Shown: positions 55,483-64,000 of the stretch, one piece after another
Numbering within the stretch: position 1 is the stretch's first letter
Layout of the letters: every line of letters begins with the position of its first letter
Source: Thermotogota bacterium
GTDB taxonomy: Bacteria; Thermotogota; Thermotogae; Petrotogales; Petrotogaceae
Length of the DNA: 64,000 nucleotides
Direction of reading: 5' to 3'
Assembly (NCBI GenBank): GCA_051748045.1
Contig: JBNJGY010000001.1
Coordinates: forward strand, 119,873-183,872
Notes under the pieces: model-generated
The model's input: only the letters and a program-made list of their open reading frames with translations
What the model was told of the DNA's origin: nothing
The model's database searches: none
Position numbers and translations under genes: made by a program

Positions 55483-56133
55483 TTAATTTACCTCCAATAT
55501 AAATACTGTACTAGATTCAATTTGTTTAGGACTGAAAATGTAATTATCTCCAATTTTTGATACTATCTCACCCTGTATATTGATATTTTGTTCTTCAATA
55601 TAAAATGGTGTATTTATTAATAGATTTTTCTTATCTAGAGTAATATCTTCTGGTAATTCAATATATAAATCACCATTATTTTCCTTCACAAAAACGTCAT
55701 TATTATCCAATATTCCAAAAAAACTATTGTCGCCCCAACCTAATTTTTTAACAATAGCCATATCTTTTACATAAGACTCTACAAAGCCTATTAAATTTTT
55801 ATTTGTATCAATAACTAATGAATTTATGTCGATTTTACTTGTAGTTTTGATCCTATAATATTTTCCATTTTCAAAAAGAATTATTCCAGGTTTTGAATTT
55901 GTATCTAATGCTATCTCAGTATTTGTTTTTATTTCATATTTTTTTAGTTCTTTTTCTATTTCAACAAATCTTTCATTATTGGATTTTGATATTTCTACAT
56001 ATTCATAAATATCAGAAAATATCATATCAAACGGCCAAACAACCCATTGAATATGTTTTTCAATGGGTTTATATATATTTGCTATTATTATTATAAAAAT
56101 TAATATATTCAAATAAAACAAGCTTTTTTTCAT
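55483..56133 (-). CDS. mreC: Rod shape-determining protein MreC (short form)
   Basis: 216 aa with an N-terminal TM segment, a short coiled coil and a beta-rich domain, between mreB and mreD. The call rests on position and architecture. Confidence 0.6.
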   Translation of the reverse strand: MKKSLFYLNILIFIIIIANIYKPIEKHIQWVVWPFDMIFSDIYEYVEISKSNNERFVEIEKELKKYEIKTNTEIALDTNSKPGIILFENGKYYRIKTTSKIDINSLVIDTNKNLIGFVESYVKDMAIVKKLGWGDNSFFGILDNNDVFVKENNGDLYIELPEDITLDKKNLLINTPFYIEEQNINIQGEIVSKIGDNYIFSPKQIESSTVFILEVN

Positions 56134-56135
56134 TT

Positions 56136-57143
56136 TTATCTATTTTTTTCTAAATTTTCTAAAATATCTATTTTATCAATAACCATGCCAGCGCCTCTTG
56201 CAACACATGTAAGAGGTTCCTCAGCTATCACTACTCTGATTAGGGTTTCTTTTTCAATTAACTCTTTCATACCCTTTAACATAGCTCCTCCACCAGCAAG
56301 ACATATTCCTTTATTTACTATATCTGATAATAGTTCTGGCGGTGTTGCCTCTACAGCTAATTTAATATTTTCTATTATTCTCATAACTGGTTTTTCTATT
56401 GCTTCTCTTATGCTTTCTCCTTTTAATTCAATATTTTTTGGTAACCCTGTTAATACATCTAGTCCGATTATATCCATTTTAAGATCATCATATTCATCTG
56501 TTGTAAATGTATTACCAATTTCCATTTTAATCCTTTCTGCAGTTTTTTCTCCGATTAATATATTATGTTTATTCTTAACATATTCCATAATACTTTCATC
56601 TATTTCGTCTCCTGCAATCCTTATTGATTTAGATAAGACAATATTACCGAGAGATATAACAGCTATTTCTGTTGTTCCTCCACCAATATCAACAATCATA
56701 TTCCCTGATGCTTCCTCTACATCTAAACCTGCTCCAATAGCGGTTCCCATTGCTTCTTCTATCAAAAATGCCCTGTGCGCTCCCGCATCTAAAGCAGCTT
56801 CTTTTAAAGCACTTCTTTCAACTTCTGTAGCATCTGTAGGAATTCCAACAACAACAGTTGGCTTAAAAAAACTAAATTTTCCTACAGAAGAACTAATAAA
56901 GTGTTTCATCATTGCTAAGGCCACATCATAATCTGCAATTACTCCATCCTTAAGTGGTCTAATAGCTACAATGTTACTAGGTGTTTTTCCTATCATTTTT
57001 TTCGCTTCTATACCTACATGCAATATTTTCCCATTATTTTGATCAATTGCAATAACAGAAGGTTCATTTATAATTATACCTTTTCCTTTTGAATAAACTA
57101 ATGTATTAGCTGTTCCCAAGTCTATACCAAGATAAGTCCTCAT
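56136..57143 (-). CDS. mreB: Rod shape-determining protein MreB
   Basis: GIDLGTANTLVY, DIGGGTTEIAV and LAGGGA motifs. Confidence 0.95.
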   Translation of the reverse strand: MRTYLGIDLGTANTLVYSKGKGIIINEPSVIAIDQNNGKILHVGIEAKKMIGKTPSNIVAIRPLKDGVIADYDVALAMMKHFISSSVGKFSFFKPTVVVGIPTDATEVERSALKEAALDAGAHRAFLIEEAMGTAIGAGLDVEEASGNMIVDIGGGTTEIAVISLGNIVLSKSIRIAGDEIDESIMEYVKNKHNILIGEKTAERIKMEIGNTFTTDEYDDLKMDIIGLDVLTGLPKNIELKGESIREAIEKPVMRIIENIKLAVEATPPELLSDIVNKGICLAGGGAMLKGMKELIEKETLIRVVIAEEPLTCVARGAGMVIDKIDILENLEKNR

Positions 57144-57249
57144 TTTTGTCCTCCTTTTGTATTACATACAAAAACTATAAATTTCATTAATAGTATATCA
57201 CATGTAGTAAAAATTGAAAATCTAGAAACACAATTTTAAAATCTATCTA

Positions 57250-57278
57250 TTGACAATAAAATAGAAAAAGAATATAAT
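57250..57278 (+). promoter_or_regulatory. Exact-consensus sigma70 promoter TTGACA-N17-TATAAT upstream of the regulator-speD-speE operon
   Basis: TTGACA at 57250-57255 and TATAAT at 57273-57278, giving a leader of about 65 nt to ATG 57351. Confidence 0.7.
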
Positions 57279-57350
57279 TTTAAACGATATGTTTAATATA
57301 TAATACATTTTATGTTATTTTTCTTTTGTAAAACGCATCGGAGGTTAATT

Positions 57351-57887
57351 ATGGATATAGGCCAAAAATTAAAAAGCCTTAGAATTTCAAATAATATGAC
57401 ACAAGAAGAGTTGGCTATTAGATCTGACCTTACTAGGGGATTTATATCACAGCTTGAAAGAAACTTAAGCTCTCCAACTATAGAGAATTTAGAATTAATT
57501 TTAAGGGCTTTGGGTACAGATTTAGTAGGTTTTTTTTCTAGTTTGAATGAACAAGAAAAAGTCGTGTACAAAAAATCTGAAAGAATACCTATATATGATA
57601 GTCCAAATGGTGTTAAAGAACAGTTACTAATGACAAAAACAGAACCTAAGAAAATAGAACCTTCTATTTTATCTTTAAAACCTGGTTCATCTACTGAAAT
57701 AGAAGAATCTCATGAAGGTTTTGAGTTTGGGTATATTACTAAAGGTAAAATTGAGATTTATTTGGATGATTTAAAATATAAAGCATCCGAAGGAGAATGT
57801 TTTTTCTTCAAGTCAAACAAAAGACATTATATAAAAAATTATCAAAAAAATAATAGTTCAGAAATTTTATGGATTGAAATATATTAG
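57351..57887 (+). CDS. XRE-family HTH + cupin-domain transcriptional regulator (PuuR-like architecture)
   Basis: N-terminal HTH (IGQKLKSLRISNNMTQEELAIRSDLTRGFISQLER) and a C-terminal cupin (HEGFEFGYITKGKIEIYL....Y...EGECFFF). ATG 57351 is preceded by CGGAGGT. Confidence 0.8.
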   Translation: MDIGQKLKSLRISNNMTQEELAIRSDLTRGFISQLERNLSSPTIENLELILRALGTDLVGFFSSLNEQEKVVYKKSERIPIYDSPNGVKEQLLMTKTEPKKIEPSILSLKPGSSTEIEESHEGFEFGYITKGKIEIYLDDLKYKASEGECFFFKSNKRHYIKNYQKNNSSEILWIEIY

Positions 57888-57898
57888 GAGGGAAAATA

Positions 57899-58300
57899 AT
57901 GGATAAATCTTTAGGAAGACATTTAATAGCAGAATTTTATAATTGTGATAAAGATGTTTTAGATATAGTTGAAGATGTAGAATACCATATGAAAAAAGCT
58001 GCAATTTCAACTGGAGCGACAATTGTAACTTCAACTTTTCATAGATTTTTACCGCATGGGGTTAGTGGTGCAGTCATAGTTTCTGAATCACATTTAGCTA
58101 TTCACACATGGCCTGAATATGGTTACGCATCAATAGATCTTTTTACTTGCGGAGATGAAGTTAATCCTTGGCTGGCTTTTGACTATTTGAAAGAAGCTTT
58201 CAATTCTTTAAGAACTGAAGTAAAAGAACATAAAAGAGGAATTTATAGAGAAATTGGTGTCCCTGAAAATTCTTCTCATAAAACCGAGGTGGTAAAATGA
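57899..58300 (+). CDS. speD: S-adenosylmethionine decarboxylase proenzyme (class 1, SpeH/SpeD type)
   Basis: GRHLIAEFY.C and the self-processing site VSESHLAIHTWPE. Confidence 0.9.
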   Translation: MDKSLGRHLIAEFYNCDKDVLDIVEDVEYHMKKAAISTGATIVTSTFHRFLPHGVSGAVIVSESHLAIHTWPEYGYASIDLFTCGDEVNPWLAFDYLKEAFNSLRTEVKEHKRGIYREIGVPENSSHKTEVVK

Positions 58301-59157
58301 ATTTAAAAACTGGAGATCATATTTGGTTTAATGAATATAATCCTGGAAATACCTCAGGAGTTTTTTATAAAATTAATAAATTCTTACATTCAGAACAATC
58401 AGAATATCAAAGAATTGATGTTTTTGAAACACCTGAATTTGGCAGAGTTTTTACTCTAGATGGATTAACTATGACTAGAGAAGCTGACGAGTTTATCTAT
58501 CATGAGATGATAACTCATGTTCCTATGTTTATCTCTAAAAACCCAAAAAAAGTTTTAATCATTGGTGGTGGAGATGGCGGAACTGCTAGAGAAGTTTTAA
58601 AGCACGATTCTGTGGAAGAGGTAATAATGTGTGAAATCGATGAAAGGGTTATGGAGGTGGCAAGAGAATTTTTGCCTACTACATCAATAGAGTTTGATAA
58701 TCCAAAACTTAAACTAGTTGCAGAAGATGGGGCAAAATTTATTAAAAATTATAATAGTTATTTTGATGTTATTATAATAGATTCTACTGATCCGACAGAA
58801 GGTGAAGGTGGTCTTCTTTTTACAGAAGAGTTTTATCAATCTTGTTATGATGCTTTAAATGAAAATGGAGTTTTTTCTGCTGAAACAGAAGATCCTTTTA
58901 TTCACCACAAATGGATGCATTTAGCATTCAATAGAATTAAAAATGTTTTTAATAACACAAAATTATATATGGGTTTTGTTCCACAATATCCACCTGGTAC
59001 TTGGTCTTGGACATTTGCTTCAAAGGGTTTGGACCCAATAAAAGACTTTAACCCTGAAAAAATAAAAGATTTTAACAAAGAACTAAAATACTATAACGAA
59101 GAAATACATGTGGGTTGTTTTTCTTTACCTAATTTCGTTAAAGATATAATAAAATAA
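58297..59157 (+). CDS. speE: Spermidine synthase (polyamine aminopropyltransferase)
   Basis: SEYQ.I.V.E....G....LDG, GGGDGG..REV and DSTDP motifs. Its ATGA overlaps speD. Confidence 0.92.
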   Translation: MNLKTGDHIWFNEYNPGNTSGVFYKINKFLHSEQSEYQRIDVFETPEFGRVFTLDGLTMTREADEFIYHEMITHVPMFISKNPKKVLIIGGGDGGTAREVLKHDSVEEVIMCEIDERVMEVAREFLPTTSIEFDNPKLKLVAEDGAKFIKNYNSYFDVIIIDSTDPTEGEGGLLFTEEFYQSCYDALNENGVFSAETEDPFIHHKWMHLAFNRIKNVFNNTKLYMGFVPQYPPGTWSWTFASKGLDPIKDFNPEKIKDFNKELKYYNEEIHVGCFSLPNFVKDIIK

Positions 59158-59180
59158 TGGAGCTTAAGCTCCATTATTTT
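59156..59180. terminator. Hairpin between convergent speE and GH1 genes
   Basis: AATGGAGC-TTAA-GCTCCATT followed by ATTTT. It overlaps both stop codons. Confidence 0.5.
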
Positions 59181-60442
59181 ATGAATTTTAAAAAAGATTC
59201 AGAAATATTATTTTTATTAGCAATTTTTGAATAAATTTCTCCAGAATTTCTTAATATCAAGATATTATTATTATAATCTGTTTTATAAAGCCCAAATCTC
59301 ATAGATAAGCCTTCAATCCACTCAAAATTATCCATCAAAGACCAATGCATATATCCAATAATTTTTATATTTTTTTTAATAGCGTAATGTATTTTTTCTA
59401 AGGTTAATAAAATATACCTTGTTCTATAACGATCTTCAGAGTCAGCAATTCCGTTTTCAGTTATCATTATAGGTATATCATATTTTGAAAATCTTTCTAA
59501 TACTTCTTCTATTCCCTCTGGATAAAATTCCCAACCAATATCAGTCAAATGGTTAGATTTTGTTTTTATATCAAATTTTTTCTCTTTATGGTATTTTATA
59601 TACCTTTTAGTGTAATAATTAATACCTAAAAAATCTAAATCAGAATTATATTCTAAAGATTCTTTTTCTCCAAAAGGGGGTAATATTTTTTGTTTAACTA
59701 TTGAATCCACAAAAGTATGATCAAAAAGTTCCCTAATTCTATTTGCAGCAATTTTATCTTTCATTGACATTCTTGAATATGGTTCATAAACTGATGTGTG
59801 TTTAGCTATTGAAATTTTACTGTATGGTTCCATTTTTTTTATCATATTATATGTTTTATCATACATTATAAGTAAGTTTTTACCAACTTCATATGCCTCT
59901 TTTATATTTTTTTCTCCTGGGGGCCACTCTCCAAATAAATAACCCTGAGTTAAATATACCATAGGTTCGTTTATTATAATATAATATTGAACCATTCCTT
60001 TTAATTCTTTTACTATTCTATGTACATAATTTGTAAAATACTTTATATTTTCAACTTTTGAAAATCCACCCATTTCTAAAAACCATATTGGTAAAGAAAA
60101 ATGAAAAAGAGTTACAATAGGTTCTATATTTCTTTTTTTTAACTCTCTTATCATATTTTTATATCTTTCAATTTCTTTGTTATTAAAATCCCCTTTTTTT
60201 GTTTCTATCTTAGCCCATTCAATTGAAAAACGATAAGAATTTAAATTTAATTCATTTAACTTATCAATATCTCTCATATAGTACTTTTCTGATAAACAAG
60301 CTTTTTCAGAGCTACTTCCATCTTTTATTTTACCCTTTTTTTCCCACTGATACCAGTCGGAACCATAGTTAAATCCTTCTATTTGATGTGCAGCTGTCGC
60401 AGCCCCCCATAAAAAATCTTTTGGAAATGATAAACCCTCCAT
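59174..60442 (-). CDS. Glycoside hydrolase family 1 beta-glucosidase
   Basis: N-terminal FP.DFLWGAATAAHQIEG, the acid/base NEP (IINEP) and the nucleophile ITENG. Confidence 0.9.
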   Translation of the reverse strand: MEGLSFPKDFLWGAATAAHQIEGFNYGSDWYQWEKKGKIKDGSSSEKACLSEKYYMRDIDKLNELNLNSYRFSIEWAKIETKKGDFNNKEIERYKNMIRELKKRNIEPIVTLFHFSLPIWFLEMGGFSKVENIKYFTNYVHRIVKELKGMVQYYIIINEPMVYLTQGYLFGEWPPGEKNIKEAYEVGKNLLIMYDKTYNMIKKMEPYSKISIAKHTSVYEPYSRMSMKDKIAANRIRELFDHTFVDSIVKQKILPPFGEKESLEYNSDLDFLGINYYTKRYIKYHKEKKFDIKTKSNHLTDIGWEFYPEGIEEVLERFSKYDIPIMITENGIADSEDRYRTRYILLTLEKIHYAIKKNIKIIGYMHWSLMDNFEWIEGLSMRFGLYKTDYNNNILILRNSGEIYSKIANKNNISESFLKFIK

Positions 60443-60451
60443 AAAATCACC

Positions 60452-61816
60452 TCATTGAGAAGATAATTTATATAATTCTTTTTTAAGTACCTTGGATAGC
60501 CAAATTGCCAACAAAGTAAAAGAAAAAATTTCTGATATTGGAAACGCAAACCAAACTGCATTTAATCCAAATATCTCACCCAATAAATACATTGTTGGTA
60601 ATAAAACTATTATTTGTCTTAAAAAAGATATTATTAAACTCGGTAATCCTCTTCCAATAGCTTGGAAAGTTCCTACACCTACTATTTGAAGCCCCACTAT
60701 TGGAAAGGTAATACTTATGATTTTTAAAGCTCTAGCTCCAATTTCTCTTAATTCTTTATTATCATTAAACATCATAATAAGTTGTTCTGGAAAAAATTGA
60801 AACAACAAAAAACCAAAAGTCGTAATTGATAAACCTGATAAAAGGCCTATTTTTATAGCTTTTTTAACTCTTTCAGGATTCTTATGCCCATAATTATATC
60901 CAACTATTGGAACATAACCTTGGTTTAACCCAAAAACAGGCATAAAAATAAACGACTGTAGCCTAAAGAAAATACCTACAACGGCTATTGCATTTGGATT
61001 AAACTGCCCTACTATTTTATTAGCTCCAGCTATCATAACACTTGCTAACATTTGCATAAACATTGCTGGCAATCCAACTATATAAATTCCCTTTATAATA
61101 CTAAATTCAGGTTTAAAGTATTTTAAATTGAACTTTATTTTGTTATCAGCTCCAAATAGCATTAATAAAACAAAAGACCCACTTATTAGCCTAGCAATTA
61201 CAGTTGCATATGCTGCTCCTTTTATTCCCATTTCAGGAAATATCCAAAGACCATATATTAGAAAAGGATCTAAAATTATATTAATCACAGCTCCTAAAAT
61301 TAAAGCTAACATTGGATAAAAAGTATTTCCTTCACCTCTTAAAATACTGTTACCAATTATTGGTAAAAACATGCTTATAGATCCAATGAAGATTATGCTA
61401 ATATAATCCGCACCCATTTGAATTAAAGTTGGATTCTCAACAAAAATTCTTATTAATTTACCAGATAACGTAAATCCAACTATTGCCACTAAGACTCCAT
61501 AAATAGCTGTTAGAAGCAAAGCATTTTCAGCTGTTTTATTTGCTTTTATTTCTTTTCCTTCACCTAAAGAACGGGATATTAAAGAAGTTGTCCCAACTCC
61601 AGTTCCAACAGCTATGGATATTAGTATCATTTGATACGGAAATGCTAATGATAAAGCTGATAACGCTTCTTTACTAAATTGTCCTATATAAATGCTATCT
61701 ATTACATTGTACAAGGCTTGTACTAGCATTCCAATTATCCCGGGAATCGATAAACTAACTAATAAAGGGAAAATTGGTTTAGTAGCTAAATTTTTTGAAT
61801 TGTCAACTTTTTTCAA
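60452..61816 (-). CDS. MATE-family efflux transporter
   Basis: 454 aa with 12 predicted TM segments and a MATE-type N-terminus (P......P...GML.Q.LYN..D..) . TTG start with a GGAGGA SD 8 nt upstream. Confidence 0.85.
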   Translation of the reverse strand: MKKVDNSKNLATKPIFPLLVSLSIPGIIGMLVQALYNVIDSIYIGQFSKEALSALSLAFPYQMILISIAVGTGVGTTSLISRSLGEGKEIKANKTAENALLLTAIYGVLVAIVGFTLSGKLIRIFVENPTLIQMGADYISIIFIGSISMFLPIIGNSILRGEGNTFYPMLALILGAVINIILDPFLIYGLWIFPEMGIKGAAYATVIARLISGSFVLLMLFGADNKIKFNLKYFKPEFSIIKGIYIVGLPAMFMQMLASVMIAGANKIVGQFNPNAIAVVGIFFRLQSFIFMPVFGLNQGYVPIVGYNYGHKNPERVKKAIKIGLLSGLSITTFGFLLFQFFPEQLIMMFNDNKELREIGARALKIISITFPIVGLQIVGVGTFQAIGRGLPSLIISFLRQIIVLLPTMYLLGEIFGLNAVWFAFPISEIFSFTLLAIWLSKVLKKELYKLSSQ

Positions 61817-62002
61817 AATATATTTCCTCCTGCATTAATTCTTCTTTTAATTATTTTTCCATCATTATATAATAACATAATGATTAAGTTTTTATAAATT
61901 GAAAGCCATTTTATATCGAAGTAGATGAAAGCTTGAGATTGTAAATTTTTATATGTTTTTAAATTTAGATTAAAAACAATTTCAAAATATGAAAATATAA
62001 AT

Positions 62003-62030
62003 AAAAAAAGGATAGAATAAATTCTATCCT
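62003..62030 (-). terminator. Intrinsic terminator after tRNA-Leu(CAA)
   Basis: Minus strand reads AGGATAGAAT-TT-ATTCTATCCT followed by T7. Confidence 0.7.
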
Positions 62031-62035
62031 TCACT

Positions 62036-62124
62036 TGGTGCCGAGGGCGGGACTCGAACCCGCACGAGGTATTAGCCCCAATGGATTTTGAGTCCATCGC
62101 GTCTGCCAATTCCGCCACCTCGGC
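62036..62124 (-). tRNA. tRNA-Leu (anticodon CAA), CCA encoded
   Basis: The reverse complement folds as acceptor GCCGAGG/CCTCGGC, anticodon stem ATGGA/TCCAT with loop CTCAAAA, a long variable arm and T-arm GCGGG-TTCGAGT-CCCGC, ending ACCA. Confidence 0.9.
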
Positions 62125-62138
62125 TTAATCCAAGAATG

Positions 62139-62167
62139 ATTATACTATAAAAATCATTTAATGTCAA
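62139..62167 (-). promoter_or_regulatory. Exact-consensus sigma70 promoter TTGACA-N17-TATAAT driving tRNA-Leu(CAA)
   Basis: The minus strand has TTGACA at 62167-62162 and TATAAT at 62144-62139. The tRNA 5' end is 15 nt downstream. Confidence 0.75.
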
Positions 62168-62170
62168 TAA

Positions 62171-63751
62171 TTATTTTGTCTTTAGGTATTCAAGAATATT
62201 TATTAACAATTGCTTGTTATCTCCCCAACTTAACCCATCATGTAATATATTTCCTGCTGCTCCAGTTCCATCATCAAAAGTAGAAGAGTCTGAATAAGCA
62301 ATAATCATTTTCTTTTCATTTAATACAAGCAAAGGCTTATAGTCTCTGTCCCAAATTAAAGTTTCATAAGAATCATCAACTTCAAATGAAGTTCCATTCC
62401 ATACACCAATTTCTTTTACATCTTCTGTTATAGCATGAGCCTTGATATTTTTTATTGGGGCTTGTTCTATATTATCTCCAACTAATTCTAAATTATAATT
62501 TGATAAAAATGAATTAAATATTCTAACAGAATCCCATCCATCTCCATTTCTATCTGCTCCACCATGATCAGAAACAATGAATAATTCTCCATTATTTTGT
62601 AAAAATTCATGAATTGCATTTAACTCTTCCTCGTTATATTTTACATTTGGTTCCACAATAACTAATGTATCAAATAAAGAAAGAATTTCTATATTAAAAT
62701 TTTCTTTCATAGAAAATAAATTTAAACCTAAGTCCTGGGATATATCTTTAAAATCAGAGTAGCCTCCATCTAAAACCCAATTAGCATTTCCTGCTTTTTG
62801 CCCATGTGATTCGTCAAAAATAATATTATTTTTAATTCTATTTTCATCTTTAAGTTCTAAAACTCGCATATTTAAATTATTATCTTTTAGATCTTTTATA
62901 AACCTTAAAAATAATCTATTATTTTTGATTTTTTGTTCTGTGTTTATTACTAATATTCTATCTTCTAATAGAAATTCAATATTCTCAATTTCATTGTTTA
63001 ATATTCTTACGTTTGTACCTACTTTTAAATTTCTATCTATGCTTTCATTAAACAATATTTTTATTTGTTTCTCTCCTGTAATTGAATAATGTTGTACTTC
63101 GGGAGGAAAAATATCTTCAACAATTAAATCATTAATATCTCTAGGCTGAATTTCTTTTTTTGATAAATATTGGGCTAATACCCCAGTTATTTCTATTTCT
63201 AGGCCTTCTTTAAGATATTCTGGTCTTATTCCATTATTTTCTCTAATCCATAATATACCCTTACCAGTTTCATCCTCGATAATTATCTCTTGTCCCATGT
63301 TGTTTATTATATTTGCATCTAAATGAACTAAAGATCCTTCTAACTCTTCCTTTTTTATATCTTCCACAGAAATTTCTTTTGCCTCGACTTTTTTTGCATC
63401 TTTTTCCAAAATTTTGATTTCATGGTTTTTATTATCAGTTTCTAACACTATTTCTAAATTAGATTTATGATTCCAAGTGTAACCAGTTACTTCTATTAAA
63501 TCATTTCTTTGAATATTTAGATTGGAAATATCTTTTCCTTGAGTATAAATGTTAATTCCATACCCATCTTTTTCTATAAAAAATAAATTATTGGCAAAAG
63601 GACCAGGTTCTAGAGTGACATAACCTTCTACAGTTACTGGGCTTAAAATGCTTATTTCTCTTGCTTCTTTAATGGACATTTTTGCACTGAAAGAAAAAAT
63701 GAAAAGAAATAAAAACAACAATAATAAAAATGATTTTTTCACGCAAATCAT
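62171..63751 (-). CDS. Secreted protein with tandem OB-fold-like N-terminal domains and a C-terminal alpha/beta domain
   Basis: Signal peptide (LLLLFLFLFIFSFSA). Two segments are of the ..V.VEG.VT... / ..IEITGVL.. type seen in OB-fold modules of extracellular nucleases. No catalytic family is recognised. Confidence 0.45.
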   Translation of the reverse strand: MICVKKSFLLLLFLFLFIFSFSAKMSIKEAREISILSPVTVEGYVTLEPGPFANNLFFIEKDGYGINIYTQGKDISNLNIQRNDLIEVTGYTWNHKSNLEIVLETDNKNHEIKILEKDAKKVEAKEISVEDIKKEELEGSLVHLDANIINNMGQEIIIEDETGKGILWIRENNGIRPEYLKEGLEIEITGVLAQYLSKKEIQPRDINDLIVEDIFPPEVQHYSITGEKQIKILFNESIDRNLKVGTNVRILNNEIENIEFLLEDRILVINTEQKIKNNRLFLRFIKDLKDNNLNMRVLELKDENRIKNNIIFDESHGQKAGNANWVLDGGYSDFKDISQDLGLNLFSMKENFNIEILSLFDTLVIVEPNVKYNEEELNAIHEFLQNNGELFIVSDHGGADRNGDGWDSVRIFNSFLSNYNLELVGDNIEQAPIKNIKAHAITEDVKEIGVWNGTSFEVDDSYETLIWDRDYKPLLVLNEKKMIIAYSDSSTFDDGTGAAGNILHDGLSWGDNKQLLINILEYLKTK

Positions 63752-63810
63752 CTCCTGTAATTTTATTTTTATATATTTAATATATAATTATTTAAATGAG
63801 GGGTGATAAT

Positions 63811-64000
63811 ATGTCTTTAAAAAATGTTATTAGTCCTGTTATGATAGGGCCCTCAAGCTCTCATACGGCAGGTGCATTAAGAATAGCAAAATTTGCTTAT
63901 AACTATATTGGAAATATCCCACAAAAAGTAGAATTCCAATTGCATGGTTCTTTTGCTGACACTTATGTAGGACATGGTACAGATAGAGCTTTATTAGGAG
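63811..64000 (+). CDS. sdaAB: L-serine dehydratase (iron-sulfur dependent), beta subunit (partial, runs off the window)
   Basis: The N-terminus (VISPVMIGPSSSHTAGALRIA....GSFADTYVGHGTDRAL) is typical of the SdaAB chain. GAGGGGTGA SD lies upstream. Confidence 0.85.
   Translation, partial: MSLKNVISPVMIGPSSSHTAGALRIAKFAYNYIGNIPQKVEFQLHGSFADTYVGHGTDRALLG

Noticed and set aside
56185-56931. 248-aa plus-strand ORF lying entirely inside mreB
   Set aside because: It is antisense to a gene with unambiguous MreB motifs. The translation is low-complexity (Ser/Ile/Pro/Ala-rich), there is no SD, and it matches no family. It is a shadow ORF of the kind common opposite highly conserved genes.
61813-62118. 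101-aa minus-strand ORF (MAELADAMDSKSIGANTSCGFESRPRHQ...)
   Set aside because: Its N-terminal part is simply the tRNA-Leu(CAA) gene translated, a classic tRNA-overlap artefact. The remainder runs through the tRNA terminator and the MATE promoter region.
59174-63751. Possible genomic island integrated next to tRNA-Leu(CAA), made up of GH1, MATE and the secreted OB-fold protein
   Set aside because: There is no integrase, recombinase or transposase. I could not find a direct repeat of the tRNA 3' end. The composition looks the same as the surrounding DNA.

Overview
This is a visibly AT-rich, tightly packed chromosomal segment made up almost entirely of housekeeping genes. I call 61 protein-coding genes (one partial at the right edge) and 2 tRNA-Leu genes, plus intrinsic terminators and four near-consensus or exact-consensus sigma70-type promoters. 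Several features point to a Thermotogota-like organism, which is an inference. These are an in-frame PGK-TPI fusion downstream of gap, a NuoE/NuoF-type (electron-bifurcating type) [FeFe]-hydrogenase operon, and Opp-family ABC transporter genes. Main blocks, left to right:
- Opp-type ABC operon (14-5148, minus strand).
- rarA, then hflK-hflC followed by a lipoprotein, a methyltransferase and tmk.
- A long minus-strand operon: mutS2, ftsA-like, acpS, ligA, yqeY, a TolB-like protein, a GAF protein and a Nudix hydrolase.
- dxs-nusB-asp23, then mutS, then remA-like and clpP.
- CDF transporter, obg, nadD and tRNA-Leu(GAG).
- cheW, rsmI and xseAB.
- hydC, a ferredoxin-like gene, hydB and hydA.
- copA-copZ.
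- gap and pgk/tpi.
- A radical-SAM gene, sdaAA, and mrdA-mreDCB.
- A PuuR-like regulator with speD-speE.
- GH1 beta-glucosidase, a MATE transporter and tRNA-Leu(CAA).

I found no CRISPR array, transposase, integrase, phage genes or recognisable defence island, and I cannot honestly point to a new multi-gene system. The observations most worth a second look are:
1. An A9 slippery run sits exactly at the PGK/TPI joint, with stop codons in both shifted frames.
2. mutS2 and ligA have conserved N-terminal coding sequence that extends upstream of any ATG/GTG/TTG. Both point to ATT (AUU)-type initiation coupled to the upstream gene.
3. A GC-rich CsoR-like palindrome lies on the copA leader, with no regulator gene in the window.
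4. An FtsA/actin-like ATPase is fused to about five repeated modules of roughly 50-80 aa.
5. A radical-SAM protein carries a CX6CX2C cluster motif instead of CX3CX2C.
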